A DNA stretch of 64,000 nt from Clostridia bacterium (lineage in GTDB: Bacteria; Bacillota; Clostridia; TANB77; CAG-508), in contig JAFWIH010000005.1 in assembly GCA_017533795.1 (NCBI GenBank), forward strand, positions 6,690 to 70,689, given 5' to 3'. Within the stretch, counting starts at the first letter, position 1; every line of letters begins with the position of its first letter. This document shows positions 1-10,000 of this stretch, piece by piece. The notes beneath the pieces were generated by a model. It was given only the letters and a program-made list of their open reading frames with translations. It was not told where the DNA came from and did no database searches. Made by a program: the position numbers and the translations under genes.

Positions 1-635
1 TTCCGAGCGAAACATCAGGTACTCTTGCATCGAGAGAAACTAAAAAAGAAAAAACTGGGGAAGATTGGTATGCTGGTGAGACAACTTCTGCGGCAATAGG
101 TCAAAGTTATAACAGTTTTTCACCATTACAAATGGCAAAGTATATCAGTATGCTTGCAAATGGAGGACATAATATACAACCAACAATTATTAAAACAGTC
201 AGAAATGCAGATGGAAGTGAAATTAGTAAAGAAGAAATAAGAAAATTTACAAATGAAAAATTAGGTATTAATGAAGATAGCAATGAGGAGTTACCAATTA
301 AACAAGAGAATTTAAATGCTGTACTTGAAGGAATGAGATCTGTTACAAGTGAAACAGGGGGAACAGCTTATAATATATTTAAAGACTTTAATATAGAAGT
401 AGGTGGAAAAACTGGTTCGGCTGAAACTTCAACAGGTGATGTAAATGCATGGTTTGTTGGCTTTGCTCCATTTGAGAATCCGGAAATAGCAATTGTAATA
501 ATGGTAGAAAATGGTGGACATGGAAACTATACTGCTGAAGTTGTTAGAGACATTATGGCAGAATATTTTGGAATGAATATACAACAAATTCAAGAGGATG
601 TTAGTGCATCTCCTTATACAGAAAGCATGCACTAG
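1..635 (+). CDS. mrdA: Penicillin-binding protein 2 (class B transpeptidase), C-terminal part; 5' end outside window
   Basis: Frame open from position 3 (…WYAGETTSAAIGQSYNSFSPLQMAKY…); KTG motif GGKTGSAE and NAWFVGFAPFENPEIAIV; lies upstream of minC as in the clostridial mre-pbp2-min operon. Confidence 0.9.
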   Translation, partial: PSETSGTLASRETKKEKTGEDWYAGETTSAAIGQSYNSFSPLQMAKYISMLANGGHNIQPTIIKTVRNADGSEISKEEIRKFTNEKLGINEDSNEELPIKQENLNAVLEGMRSVTSETGGTAYNIFKDFNIEVGGKTGSAETSTGDVNAWFVGFAPFENPEIAIVIMVENGGHGNYTAEVVRDIMAEYFGMNIQQIQEDVSASPYTESMH

Positions 636-648
636 AAAGGAAGTAAAA

Positions 649-1260
649 ATGAAAAATTGTGTTAGTATAAATTTAAAAAAAGATGAAATAGTAATTAAAA
701 TTAGTGAAGATTCTGAGCAAAAAGAAATTATAGAAAATTTGAAAAAAAAATTACCTGAGTTAAAAAAATTATATAGAGACGAAAAAACACCAATAAAGGT
801 TACAGGAAAAGTTTTAAAAAATAAAGAAATAGATGAAATACAAGTTTTAATAAAAGATAAAATAGATGTAGAAATAGAATTTGATACTCCAAAAACATTA
901 GGACTACATAGTATAAAAAGAACCTTTAGTCAAAAAACAGAAATTTCAGAAACAAGGTATTTTAGAGGTTCGCTAAGGTCTGGACAAAAAATGGAATCTG
1001 AAGGAAGCTTGGTTATTTTAGGAGATGTCAATTCTGGGGCAGAAGTTGTAGCTGCAGACAATATAGTTATTCTAGGAAGCCTTAGGGGACTAGCACATGC
1101 CGGAGCCAAAGGAAACAAACAAGCAATTATTGCTGCTGGACTTATAGATACTGTGCAGATAAGAATTGCCAATATTGTTAAAGAGATAGACAGAGATGAG
1201 GAGCCATTACATAAACAATCATATGTATACATAGAAAATGATGAAATAATTATTGAATAA
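649..1260 (+). CDS. minC: Septum site-determining protein MinC
   Basis: MinC C-terminal beta-helix GSLRSGQ…GDVNSGAEVVA…G.LRGLAHAGAKGN; ATG 649 follows an AAGGAAG RBS. Confidence 0.92.
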   Translation: MKNCVSINLKKDEIVIKISEDSEQKEIIENLKKKLPELKKLYRDEKTPIKVTGKVLKNKEIDEIQVLIKDKIDVEIEFDTPKTLGLHSIKRTFSQKTEISETRYFRGSLRSGQKMESEGSLVILGDVNSGAEVVAADNIVILGSLRGLAHAGAKGNKQAIIAAGLIDTVQIRIANIVKEIDRDEEPLHKQSYVYIENDEIIIE

Positions 1261-1273
1261 ACACCTAGTTTAA

Positions 1274-1456
1274 CTATGTTAGCAATAGTAATATTAGCAC
1301 AATAAATAATTCATTGTCTTTTACGTTTTCTTGGTATAGAAAAAAGAGCAAACACACTATTATTAAGTCATCTAAGAAAATTTTTAAGCCAAAAATTTCA
1401 AACAAAAAATGATTATTATTTTCAGGGAGAATATATGGAAAACTATACATTGCCAT
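1274..1456 (-). CDS. Small hydrophobic hypothetical protein (probably sporulation-associated)
   Basis: DDLIIVCLLFFLYQE…LFIVLILLLL pattern; RBS AGGAG; overlaps the stop of the upstream ORF; start could be 1450 or 1456. Confidence 0.6.
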   Translation of the reverse strand: MAMYSFPYILPENNNHFLFEIFGLKIFLDDLIIVCLLFFLYQENVKDNELFIVLILLLLT

Positions 1457-1826
1457 TATTCTCCTTTTTTTCATTATTTAGTAAATCTACTATTTTTGTC
1501 ATGTTTAATAAATTTACATATTGATCTAATTTAGCTTTTCTACTATCTCGTAAATATGGTTTTAAAGAATATAGCAAGTTAGCTCTAGGATCATCTTTTG
1601 AGTTGATATTATCTATTATGCCTTTTAGCTTGATAATAGTTTCAACATCAATGTTTAAACTGCTTTGATTTTTGCCTGAAGATGATGTAAAGCTAGTACT
1701 AGTATTTGAGCCTTTAGGATTAGAACTGCTAATACTGTTTAATATATCTTTCATGTTATCAGGAATATTGCCATTATCCATCATGCTTTTAACATTATTT
1801 ATAAGATCAGATAAATCTTCAGACAT
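1443..1826 (-). CDS. Conserved clostridial hypothetical protein
   Basis: RBS AAGGA; C-terminal DPRANLLYSLKPYLRDSRKAKLDQY motif typical of clostridial hypotheticals. Confidence 0.75.
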   Translation of the reverse strand: MSEDLSDLINNVKSMMDNGNIPDNMKDILNSISSSNPKGSNTSTSFTSSSGKNQSSLNIDVETIIKLKGIIDNINSKDDPRANLLYSLKPYLRDSRKAKLDQYVNLLNMTKIVDLLNNEKKENNGNV

Positions 1827-1845
1827 AAAATCATTCCTTTCGTAG

Positions 1846-1995
1846 TTATTTCATCTTCTTTTTTAGCTCAGCAATAATCTGGTCTTTACTTTCTGAATTC
1901 ATTATTTTATTCGCTTGTGATAGTGCTTTTTCTAAATCATTTTTATTTATATTACCAAGTAACCCTACAAGTTTGTTTAAATCTAAATTATCCAA
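1846..1995 (-). CDS. 49-aa hypothetical protein (not in ORF track)
   Basis: RBS GAGGTG, TTG start, MDNLDLNKLVGLLGNINKNDLEKALSQANKIMNSESKDQIIAELKKKMK*; first gene of a 3-gene minus-strand unit. Confidence 0.7.
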   Translation of the reverse strand: MDNLDLNKLVGLLGNINKNDLEKALSQANKIMNSESKDQIIAELKKKMK

Positions 1996-2108
1996 AATAC
2001 CACCTCTTTTAATTATATGATATTAACTATATAGATATTATATTAAAAAGAATTATAAAAGTTACAAAAAAAAATTACACAAAATTACAAATTTTTTGTT
2101 GTAAATCC

Positions 2109-2137
2109 TTGAAAAATATATAATTATAAGATATAAT
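2109..2137 (+). promoter_or_regulatory. SigA-type promoter of the surface-protein pair
   Basis: TTGAAA-17 nt-TATAAT upstream of the GGAGG RBS and ATG 2181. Confidence 0.7.
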
Positions 2138-2180
2138 AGAAACTGAGAGTTTGTAAATTATATGTAATGGAGGGAATTTT

Positions 2181-5100
2181 ATGGGAACAAAAGGATTTCA
2201 AACAAGAAAAGACAACATTGCTAAAAAATTAGTAGCAATTTTATTAATCATTGCACTAACAATGGTAGACTTTATTTTTATTGGCGTAGAAGCTGTAAGC
2301 TATGCTGCTGATAGTTTAACAACTGGAACAGCAACAAACAATAAAAATGTAACATTTGATTGCTACTTTAAAGGAGTAAATGGAGAAGCAATTACTGAAA
2401 AAACTGAAGCCATAAATAATAATAGTATTAAGTTATATGGCCAAGTTTCAGTAAAAAATGATGGATACTTTGTGGGAAGTGTAACACTTGGAGAAAGTAA
2501 CTTTAAACTAAAGAATGAAATACTAAGTGACAGTATAAATAAAATAGAAGGAAACACAATAACTTTAAATCAGGTAAACGCTGGGGAAGTTGTAGAATTT
2601 GAAATAGGAATAGACCCTATTAAAAATGATACAATTAATTCAGGGTTTTTAAACATGTTAAGTGATGTTTCAATAAATGGTATTTATAGAAACAATAAAG
2701 AAAAAGATATAGAAATAAAAGCAACGAGAAATGTACAGTTAACACTTTCTAATCCATATGCTGAAAATGAAGGAGTAGAATTTAGTACTAACATTATCAC
2801 TAACAAAGTATATAATGTAAATGGAGAAAACAAAAGAATAGTACAAGTTCTAGTAGAAAGTGGTCTTGTTGGAAGCCAATATCCTATAAAAGAAACAAAT
2901 ATAGAATTGAATGTTCCAAATCAAGTAGAAAAAGTCGATGTAATATCAAGAGGAACTTTTTTAACTAATGGAAAAAATGAAACTGAGTTCAATTCAAATG
3001 ATTGGAATTATTCAAAAGAAGAACAAAAAATAGAAATAGCTATAAAAAATCTAGAAAGTAATAAAACAATAAAATGGACAAAAAATGAAAAAGACCAATT
3101 AATAGTAACATATATAATGGATGCTAACACAAATATTAATAATACAAATATTAATGCAAAAACTAGAATAATACTATATGATGTAAATTCTACAGTAAAG
3201 GAATCTACATCAGCAGCTACAATATCAGAAGAAAAAGATGGTATTATTACAAGTGAGATTAAACCTGGGGAAAGCAACATTTATAAAGGAAAAATTTACT
3301 CAGGAGAAGACAGAATTTATAATCTAACTACTAATATATATGTAAATGAAGCAGAAACAGGAAAAAATGCAAATATAGAATTACTACCTACAACATATGA
3401 AACATCAGAAGGAGAACTATCAGCAAATATTCAATTATCAAATACAATAATTAATAAGTCACAAGTTTTAAGAGTTTTAGGAGAAGACGGAACTTTAAGA
3501 ATTTTATCATCTACAGGAAGCTATATAGCAGAAATTAACAATGCTACACAAACAGACGAAAATGGTAATGTTTTAGTAAAATACCCAGAAGGAACAACAT
3601 CAGTAAAAGTTGAAACTTCAAATGCTAAAAATACTGGTACAATATCATTAAGCAACATGAAAGTTATAAAACAAGATGGTAATAGTAGAGAAATAAAAGC
3701 AAAATATGTGGCAATTAAAGAAAAAATATCAGGTAGTGAAAGTAAAATAGAATTACATGAAACTTCAGAAGATGCATTATTACAAGTAAGTAAATCAAAT
3801 TTATCTACATTAGTAGAAAATACTGGAGTAGAAATAACAACAATTCTAAAAACAAGCAATGAACAAAATGAACTATACAAAAACCCTACTATAAAAATTG
3901 CATTACCTTCTCAAGTAGAAAATGTTACTGTAAATGGTATTAACTTATTATATGAAGATGAACTAAAAATATCATCTGCTAATACACATGACGAAAATGG
4001 AGCAAAGGTAATAGAAATAAACTTAGAAGGAGAACAAACAAAACATAAAGCAGGTAATGTACAAGAAACAACAATAATAATAAATGCAAACTTAACATTA
4101 AATAAAAAAGCAACTAACAGTAATGAAACAATAAGCATGACATGTGTAAATGGTAATACAGGTGCTCAAATAGAAAAGAAACAACCTATAGAAGTTGTTT
4201 CACCTAGAGGAATGGTTACAGTAAACAGCATTAATGATTATGGAATGACAGTAATAGGAGAAGATAATCAAACTTCTAAGCTTGAATTAGGAACAGGCGC
4301 AAAACAAACTCAAGTAAATATAGAAGTTATTAATAATAATGAAGAAAAAGTTAATGGTGTTAAAGTAATGGGTAACTTCCCAACAAAAAATGAAACAAAC
4401 ACAATAGAGACATCTGTAAGTGGAATTGAAGTATCAGGAATGGATGCTAAAGTATATTACACAGAAAACGAAAATGCTACAGACAACTTAGAAGATAATA
4501 CTAATGGATGGAACACAGAAATTACAGATAATTCAAAAGTAAAAAAATACATGATAGCACTAGATAGTATGGAACAATCACAAGGAATATCAGCATCATA
4601 TGGATTAAATATTCCAGCAGGATTACAATATAATGAGCAAACATATGAAGGATACAAAGTTACATATAACAACGCAAATACAGCTAATGAAGTTGTAGCA
4701 GCTACACTTGGATTATCAACAGGTAAAGGTCCAGAATTAACAACTACAATGAAAGTGAAAAATGGAAATAATGAATTAGCTAATGGACAAAAGGTTGCAC
4801 AAGGTGAGGTTGTAAAATATGAAATAACTGCTGAAAATACTGGTACAGAAGAAGCAACAAATGTTGTTATATCAGGTACAGTACCAGAAGGAACAGTATA
4901 TGTAGAACCAAAAGAAAACTATGTATATGAAGCAGGATACTATAATGAAATTCAGGATAAAAAAGAAGTAATATTTGAAGTAGAAAGCATACCAGCAGGA
5001 GAAAAGGTTACGAAATCTTATGAAGTCAAAGTAACTAAAAACGCACAAATTGGAGAAGAAATAGAAAATAAGGCAACAATAAAATATGGTGAAGCTACAG

Positions 5101-6998
5101 CTGAATCTGAGACTGTAAAATATATAGTTTCAGAAGGAGGATTAAGTGTTACAGTAAATCGTGCTTCAGATTTAAAAATAGATACATATGCGGGTGGAAG
5201 TCTTGCTTACTTTGTAGGTGTAGAAAACATATCAAATGAAACTAAAAAGAATGTTATTGTAAACTTAAATTTACCAAATGAATATGAACTTTTAAGTACA
5301 ACAGTTTCAATTAATGATGAGGACATTATTGGAGATAGTAAGACTGTTGAGCTAGGTGATTTAAATTCAGGAGAAATAAAATACATATATGTAGTAGTTA
5401 AAATAAAATCATTAGACAATACAGATTCAAAACAAATAGGTATTTCAGCTACAGTAAAGGCAAAAAATACCGATGAAGTAAAATCTAATGAATATATGGA
5501 AACAGTAAAAGATTATAAATTAAATATATCATTATCATCTAACCATGAAGATGGATATATTAAGACGGGAGATATAGTAGAATATACTATTAAAATAGAA
5601 AATACTACAAATGTTGATTCTACATATGTAGATATTGCTGATGTAATACCAGGACAACTTACAGTACAATCAGTAACTGTAAATGGAGAAGAAGAACCAA
5701 ACGAAAACAATTTTGTACTATTTTCAAGAAAGATTAAAGCAAATAGTGCAATAGAAGCAAAAGTAAATGCTGTTGTTAATTATAGTGAATTAAGAACAGA
5801 GCCTGAAATAATATCAAACGTTGCTACAATTGGTGCAACAACACCTGCAATGGCTACATCAGAAGAAATTACACATATTATTCAAGCTGATAGCCAAGAA
5901 TCAGGAGATATACCTGGTGAAAATCCTAATAGTGGTGGAAATGGCGGAAATAATGGACAGAAAACAGATACAGGATTAATAAGTGGTACAGCATGGCTTG
6001 ATGAAAATCAAAATGGACAAAGAGATAATGAAGAAAAGCTATTAGAAGGAATAAGAGTAGACTTAGTAGACAAAAATGGAAACATAGTTAAAAATGCAGA
6101 AGGTAATGATATTGTTGCAACAACTAATAATAAAGGTGTATATATTTTAAGTAATGTTCCAAAAGGAGATTACCTAGTAGTATTTGAATATGATACTTCA
6201 ACATATATAACAACAGCTTACCAAAAATCAGGAGTATCAAATAATAGAAATTCAGATGTTATTACTAAAAAGTTAAGTATTAATGGACAAGAAAAAAATT
6301 GTGGAGTAACAGATACAGTTTCATTAAACAATAGTAATATTTCTAATTTAGATTTAGGTTTAATGAATGCTACAAAATTTGACTTAGAATTAAACAAATA
6401 TATAAGTAAAATCGTAGTACAAACTAAAAAAGAAACAAAAACATATAATTATGACAAAGCAACACTTGCAAAAGCAGAAATAGCAGCGAAACAGTTACAA
6501 GGAGCAAATGTAATTATAGAATATCAAATAGAAGTAAAAAATGCAGGTGAAGTTGCAGGATATGTTAAGAATATTGTTGACTATGCACCATCTAGCTTAA
6601 AGTTTAGTTCAGAACTAAACAAAGACTGGTATCAATCAGGAAATAATTTATTCAATACAAGTTTAACAAATACTAAGCTAGAAGCTGGAGAAACAAAAAC
6701 AGTAACATTAACATTAACAAAAACTATGACAGAAGAAAATACTGGACTTGTAAACAACAAAGCAGAAATTGCTGAAAGCTATAATGAAGCTGGAATAAAG
6801 GATTTAGATTCTACTGCAGGAAATAAAACACAAGGTGAAGACGATATGGGTTCTGCAGATGTAATTATAGGTGTAAAAACAGGTGCTATGATTACTTACA
6901 TAAGCCTAATACTTCTAGTTATAACAATGATAGGAGTTACAGCATACTTTATTAATAAAAAATTTGATAAAGACACACACATAGAGGTGAATTTCTAA
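2181..6998 (+). CDS. Large wall-anchored surface protein (DUF11-like repeats + SdrD B-like domain)
   Basis: N-terminal signal/TM; G(E/D)xxxYxIxxxN repeats; ISGTAWLDENQNGQRD SdrD-B motif; C-terminal VKTG + hydrophobic helix + basic tail. Confidence 0.8.
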   Translation: MGTKGFQTRKDNIAKKLVAILLIIALTMVDFIFIGVEAVSYAADSLTTGTATNNKNVTFDCYFKGVNGEAITEKTEAINNNSIKLYGQVSVKNDGYFVGSVTLGESNFKLKNEILSDSINKIEGNTITLNQVNAGEVVEFEIGIDPIKNDTINSGFLNMLSDVSINGIYRNNKEKDIEIKATRNVQLTLSNPYAENEGVEFSTNIITNKVYNVNGENKRIVQVLVESGLVGSQYPIKETNIELNVPNQVEKVDVISRGTFLTNGKNETEFNSNDWNYSKEEQKIEIAIKNLESNKTIKWTKNEKDQLIVTYIMDANTNINNTNINAKTRIILYDVNSTVKESTSAATISEEKDGIITSEIKPGESNIYKGKIYSGEDRIYNLTTNIYVNEAETGKNANIELLPTTYETSEGELSANIQLSNTIINKSQVLRVLGEDGTLRILSSTGSYIAEINNATQTDENGNVLVKYPEGTTSVKVETSNAKNTGTISLSNMKVIKQDGNSREIKAKYVAIKEKISGSESKIELHETSEDALLQVSKSNLSTLVENTGVEITTILKTSNEQNELYKNPTIKIALPSQVENVTVNGINLLYEDELKISSANTHDENGAKVIEINLEGEQTKHKAGNVQETTIIINANLTLNKKATNSNETISMTCVNGNTGAQIEKKQPIEVVSPRGMVTVNSINDYGMTVIGEDNQTSKLELGTGAKQTQVNIEVINNNEEKVNGVKVMGNFPTKNETNTIETSVSGIEVSGMDAKVYYTENENATDNLEDNTNGWNTEITDNSKVKKYMIALDSMEQSQGISASYGLNIPAGLQYNEQTYEGYKVTYNNANTANEVVAATLGLSTGKGPELTTTMKVKNGNNELANGQKVAQGEVVKYEITAENTGTEEATNVVISGTVPEGTVYVEPKENYVYEAGYYNEIQDKKEVIFEVESIPAGEKVTKSYEVKVTKNAQIGEEIENKATIKYGEATAESETVKYIVSEGGLSVTVNRASDLKIDTYAGGSLAYFVGVENISNETKKNVIVNLNLPNEYELLSTTVSINDEDIIGDSKTVELGDLNSGEIKYIYVVVKIKSLDNTDSKQIGISATVKAKNTDEVKSNEYMETVKDYKLNISLSSNHEDGYIKTGDIVEYTIKIENTTNVDSTYVDIADVIPGQLTVQSVTVNGEEEPNENNFVLFSRKIKANSAIEAKVNAVVNYSELRTEPEIISNVATIGATTPAMATSEEITHIIQADSQESGDIPGENPNSGGNGGNNGQKTDTGLISGTAWLDENQNGQRDNEEKLLEGIRVDLVDKNGNIVKNAEGNDIVATTNNKGVYILSNVPKGDYLVVFEYDTSTYITTAYQKSGVSNNRNSDVITKKLSINGQEKNCGVTDTVSLNNSNISNLDLGLMNATKFDLELNKYISKIVVQTKKETKTYNYDKATLAKAEIAAKQLQGANVIIEYQIEVKNAGEVAGYVKNIVDYAPSSLKFSSELNKDWYQSGNNLFNTSLTNTKLEAGETKTVTLTLTKTMTEENTGLVNNKAEIAESYNEAGIKDLDSTAGNKTQGEDDMGSADVIIGVKTGAMITYISLILLVITMIGVTAYFINKKFDKDTHIEVNF

Positions 6999-7014
6999 GA
7001 AAGGAGGTAAAACA

Positions 7015-10000
7015 ATGTCTAATATTAAAAGAGTATTAATTTTCATAATAGCAGCAATTCTAGTAGGAGCTACATTAATAAGTATAAGTAATGCAGCAAA
7101 CAAGACTTGGACCATTACAGATGATAGTTTTAAAGCTAAAGATGTTAATGTTGGAGATGAAGTAACAATATGGTCAAGATATCTTCATTGGAGAAATGGA
7201 GATAATGACTATTTAACAGATAATGAAAAACAAAGCTTTATAACTAGAGCAAATGAAAATTTTGATTTTCTTTGTGTTGAGGCAGGCCAACAAACGGGAC
7301 TTGATTTATATGGTGGCGCAGGAGCTGGTGTTAAATATAAAGCTGTAGCAAAAGTACATATAAGAGGATTTGAATCAACTGTGACAGCAGGTACTAAATC
7401 TGGCAAAGATAAAGTAATAAGTACTTGGAATCAGTATCTAGCATGTATTTTAAACCCAGAAAGAGCTGAAGCAAAAGATCGTAGATGGAGTGAGGACAGT
7501 TATCTACAAAGAGCTGCATGGCGTGTGATGTATGGAGATGATTCTACCAGTGGATGGATGAATTGTGTTGGTAGAGATGGTACGGATGAAGTGCCAGGAC
7601 ATAAAATTACAGCACTTTATAATTTTACTATTGCTAAACCTGATTGGGTAGATAAAGATTATGCTAATCCTTTATACGATTTTGCTCTAGAAACTTATTC
7701 TAAAGAGGATGGTATTAGACTTCTAGAGATTAAACTTGATGACGCAGCAAAGAATAATATTAAAGCAGAAAACATAGATAATGGAAGAATTAAAATAGGA
7801 CCACTTAAATATACTTTTAATAATGATGCGAAGTTTAAGACAATTGAAGTATCAGGAAAACTAAGTGATGGAAAAACACAAAGTTTAAGTGATATAAAAT
7901 ATGTAGTTTATGATAAGAAAACTTTAAAAGAGGTTGCATTAGAAACAATAGCATCAGGGCAAGAGTTTTACATTACTATTCCAGATAATACTGAATTAAC
8001 TGAGATAACAAATATTAATGCAACAGTTGTTAGAACAGTATATTCTGCTGATATTGTATTCTGGAGTCATAGTGATGGAGCTCAAAGTGGCCGTCACTCA
8101 CAAAACCAAATTCAATTTACTCCAGATAAAGAAGAGGAGCCAGCAAGCATTCCATGGAATCCAGAGCTTCAACTATTTGGAAACTTAAAAATAACCAAAA
8201 AAGACTATGATAATAGCAAAAATATTTCTAAGGTTACATTTAAATTACAAGATAAAGATGGAAAATATGTAAAACAAGATAAAGACGGAAAAATATCATA
8301 TGTAGATGAAAAGGATGCAACATTATTTAGCACTAATGATAATGGTGAAGTAGAGATAAATAAATTAAAAATAGGAACATATACAGTATCAGAAATTAAG
8401 AACCCAAATAAACCATATGGTGGTTCAACAGGTGACGTGGATACAGATAAGATTTTCTATAATCTTAATATAAGTGGAGAAAAACAGGCTGTAAAAGATG
8501 GAAAAATACAAGTAAATGTTAACAAAGGTGGAGACGAATACGTAAACTTATATATATACAACGAGAAAAAATATGTAGATATTACAGGATATGTATGGAA
8601 AGATGTAATTGGAGGAAAAGATAATAACAGAGCGTATGCAGGCGAAGATATTTATGCTGATGGAGATGTGCTATTAGAAGGAATAAAAGTATACCTAAAA
8701 GATAGCAACGGAAATACAATAAACGAGGCAACAACCAATGAAAAGGGAGAATATAAATTTGAAAATGTGTTAATATCTGAACTTTCAAACTACCATGTAG
8801 AGTTTGAATATGATGGCTTAAAATACACATCTGTAAAAGAAAAAGTTGGAAATGACGATACAGTAAACTCTAAAGCAACAGAAATTGTTGAGAATAGAAA
8901 AGCTGTAAATAACAGATTTGCGGAAGTAACAAATCAAGGAGACATTGAAAAGAGAGATAGTGGATTCTCTAGAGATTCTAACGGAAATGTAACAGGAAAC
9001 TTAGGGTATGAACTTTTAAATCATATTGCTACACTTAAATCTACTACTACAAATACTAGCATTTTAGCAACTACAGGGGATAGTTATAAATTAGCAGATT
9101 TATATAATGAATATAAAAATAATCAAAATAATGATAAAGGTCATTATAAAGAAAACTCTGATGGTTCTGTTGAATTATTAAACGTTAACCTTGGTATTAA
9201 AGACAGAGTAATGCCACAAATATCATTACTTACAGATATTCAGTCTGCTCAAGTAGATATAAATGGATATTCACACACATATAGTTATGGTCAAAAACCA
9301 ACACAAGATAATAATAGCTTTAACGTAGGTGTAAAATTTGGAGATAACAATTGGCCAGGTGAATATACAAGAGCTATATATCCATCAGATATTAAACAAA
9401 GTGCATCAGCAACAGAAGATTCAAGCAAATTAAAAGTACGTGTAACATATCAAACTAAAATAGCCAATAGGTCAAATACAGGTACTGTATCTATGGCTGC
9501 TAATGAAATTGTAAATTATCATGACAGTAGATACAGAATTGTAGAATCATGGATAGATGACGGAAATAGAACAGCTATTAATTGGAGTGAAGCAAGTAAA
9601 TATGGACAAAAATATGATAATAGTGGATTTGTAGGATCATATACACAATCATTAGCAGGAAGAAAGTTACAACCAGGAGAAGTTATAACATTATATACAA
9701 CATATGAAGTAAATGATGAAGCGGTATTAGATTTACTTAACCAAAAAGCAACATTAAATAATGTGTTTGAAATAAATGCTTACTCATCATATTATATAGC
9801 AGCAGATGAAGGATGTACAGAAAACGACATATATGCAGCTGTAGATAATGCTTCTGCACCAGGAAATGCAACGCCAAATAATAAAGAAACATTTGAAGCA
9901 GATACAGATAGTGCACCATCTCTAATACTAGAAGCAAAAGGAGCAAGAACAATAGAAGGTACAGTATTTGAAGACGAAACAACGCTTGAAAACAGAGAAA

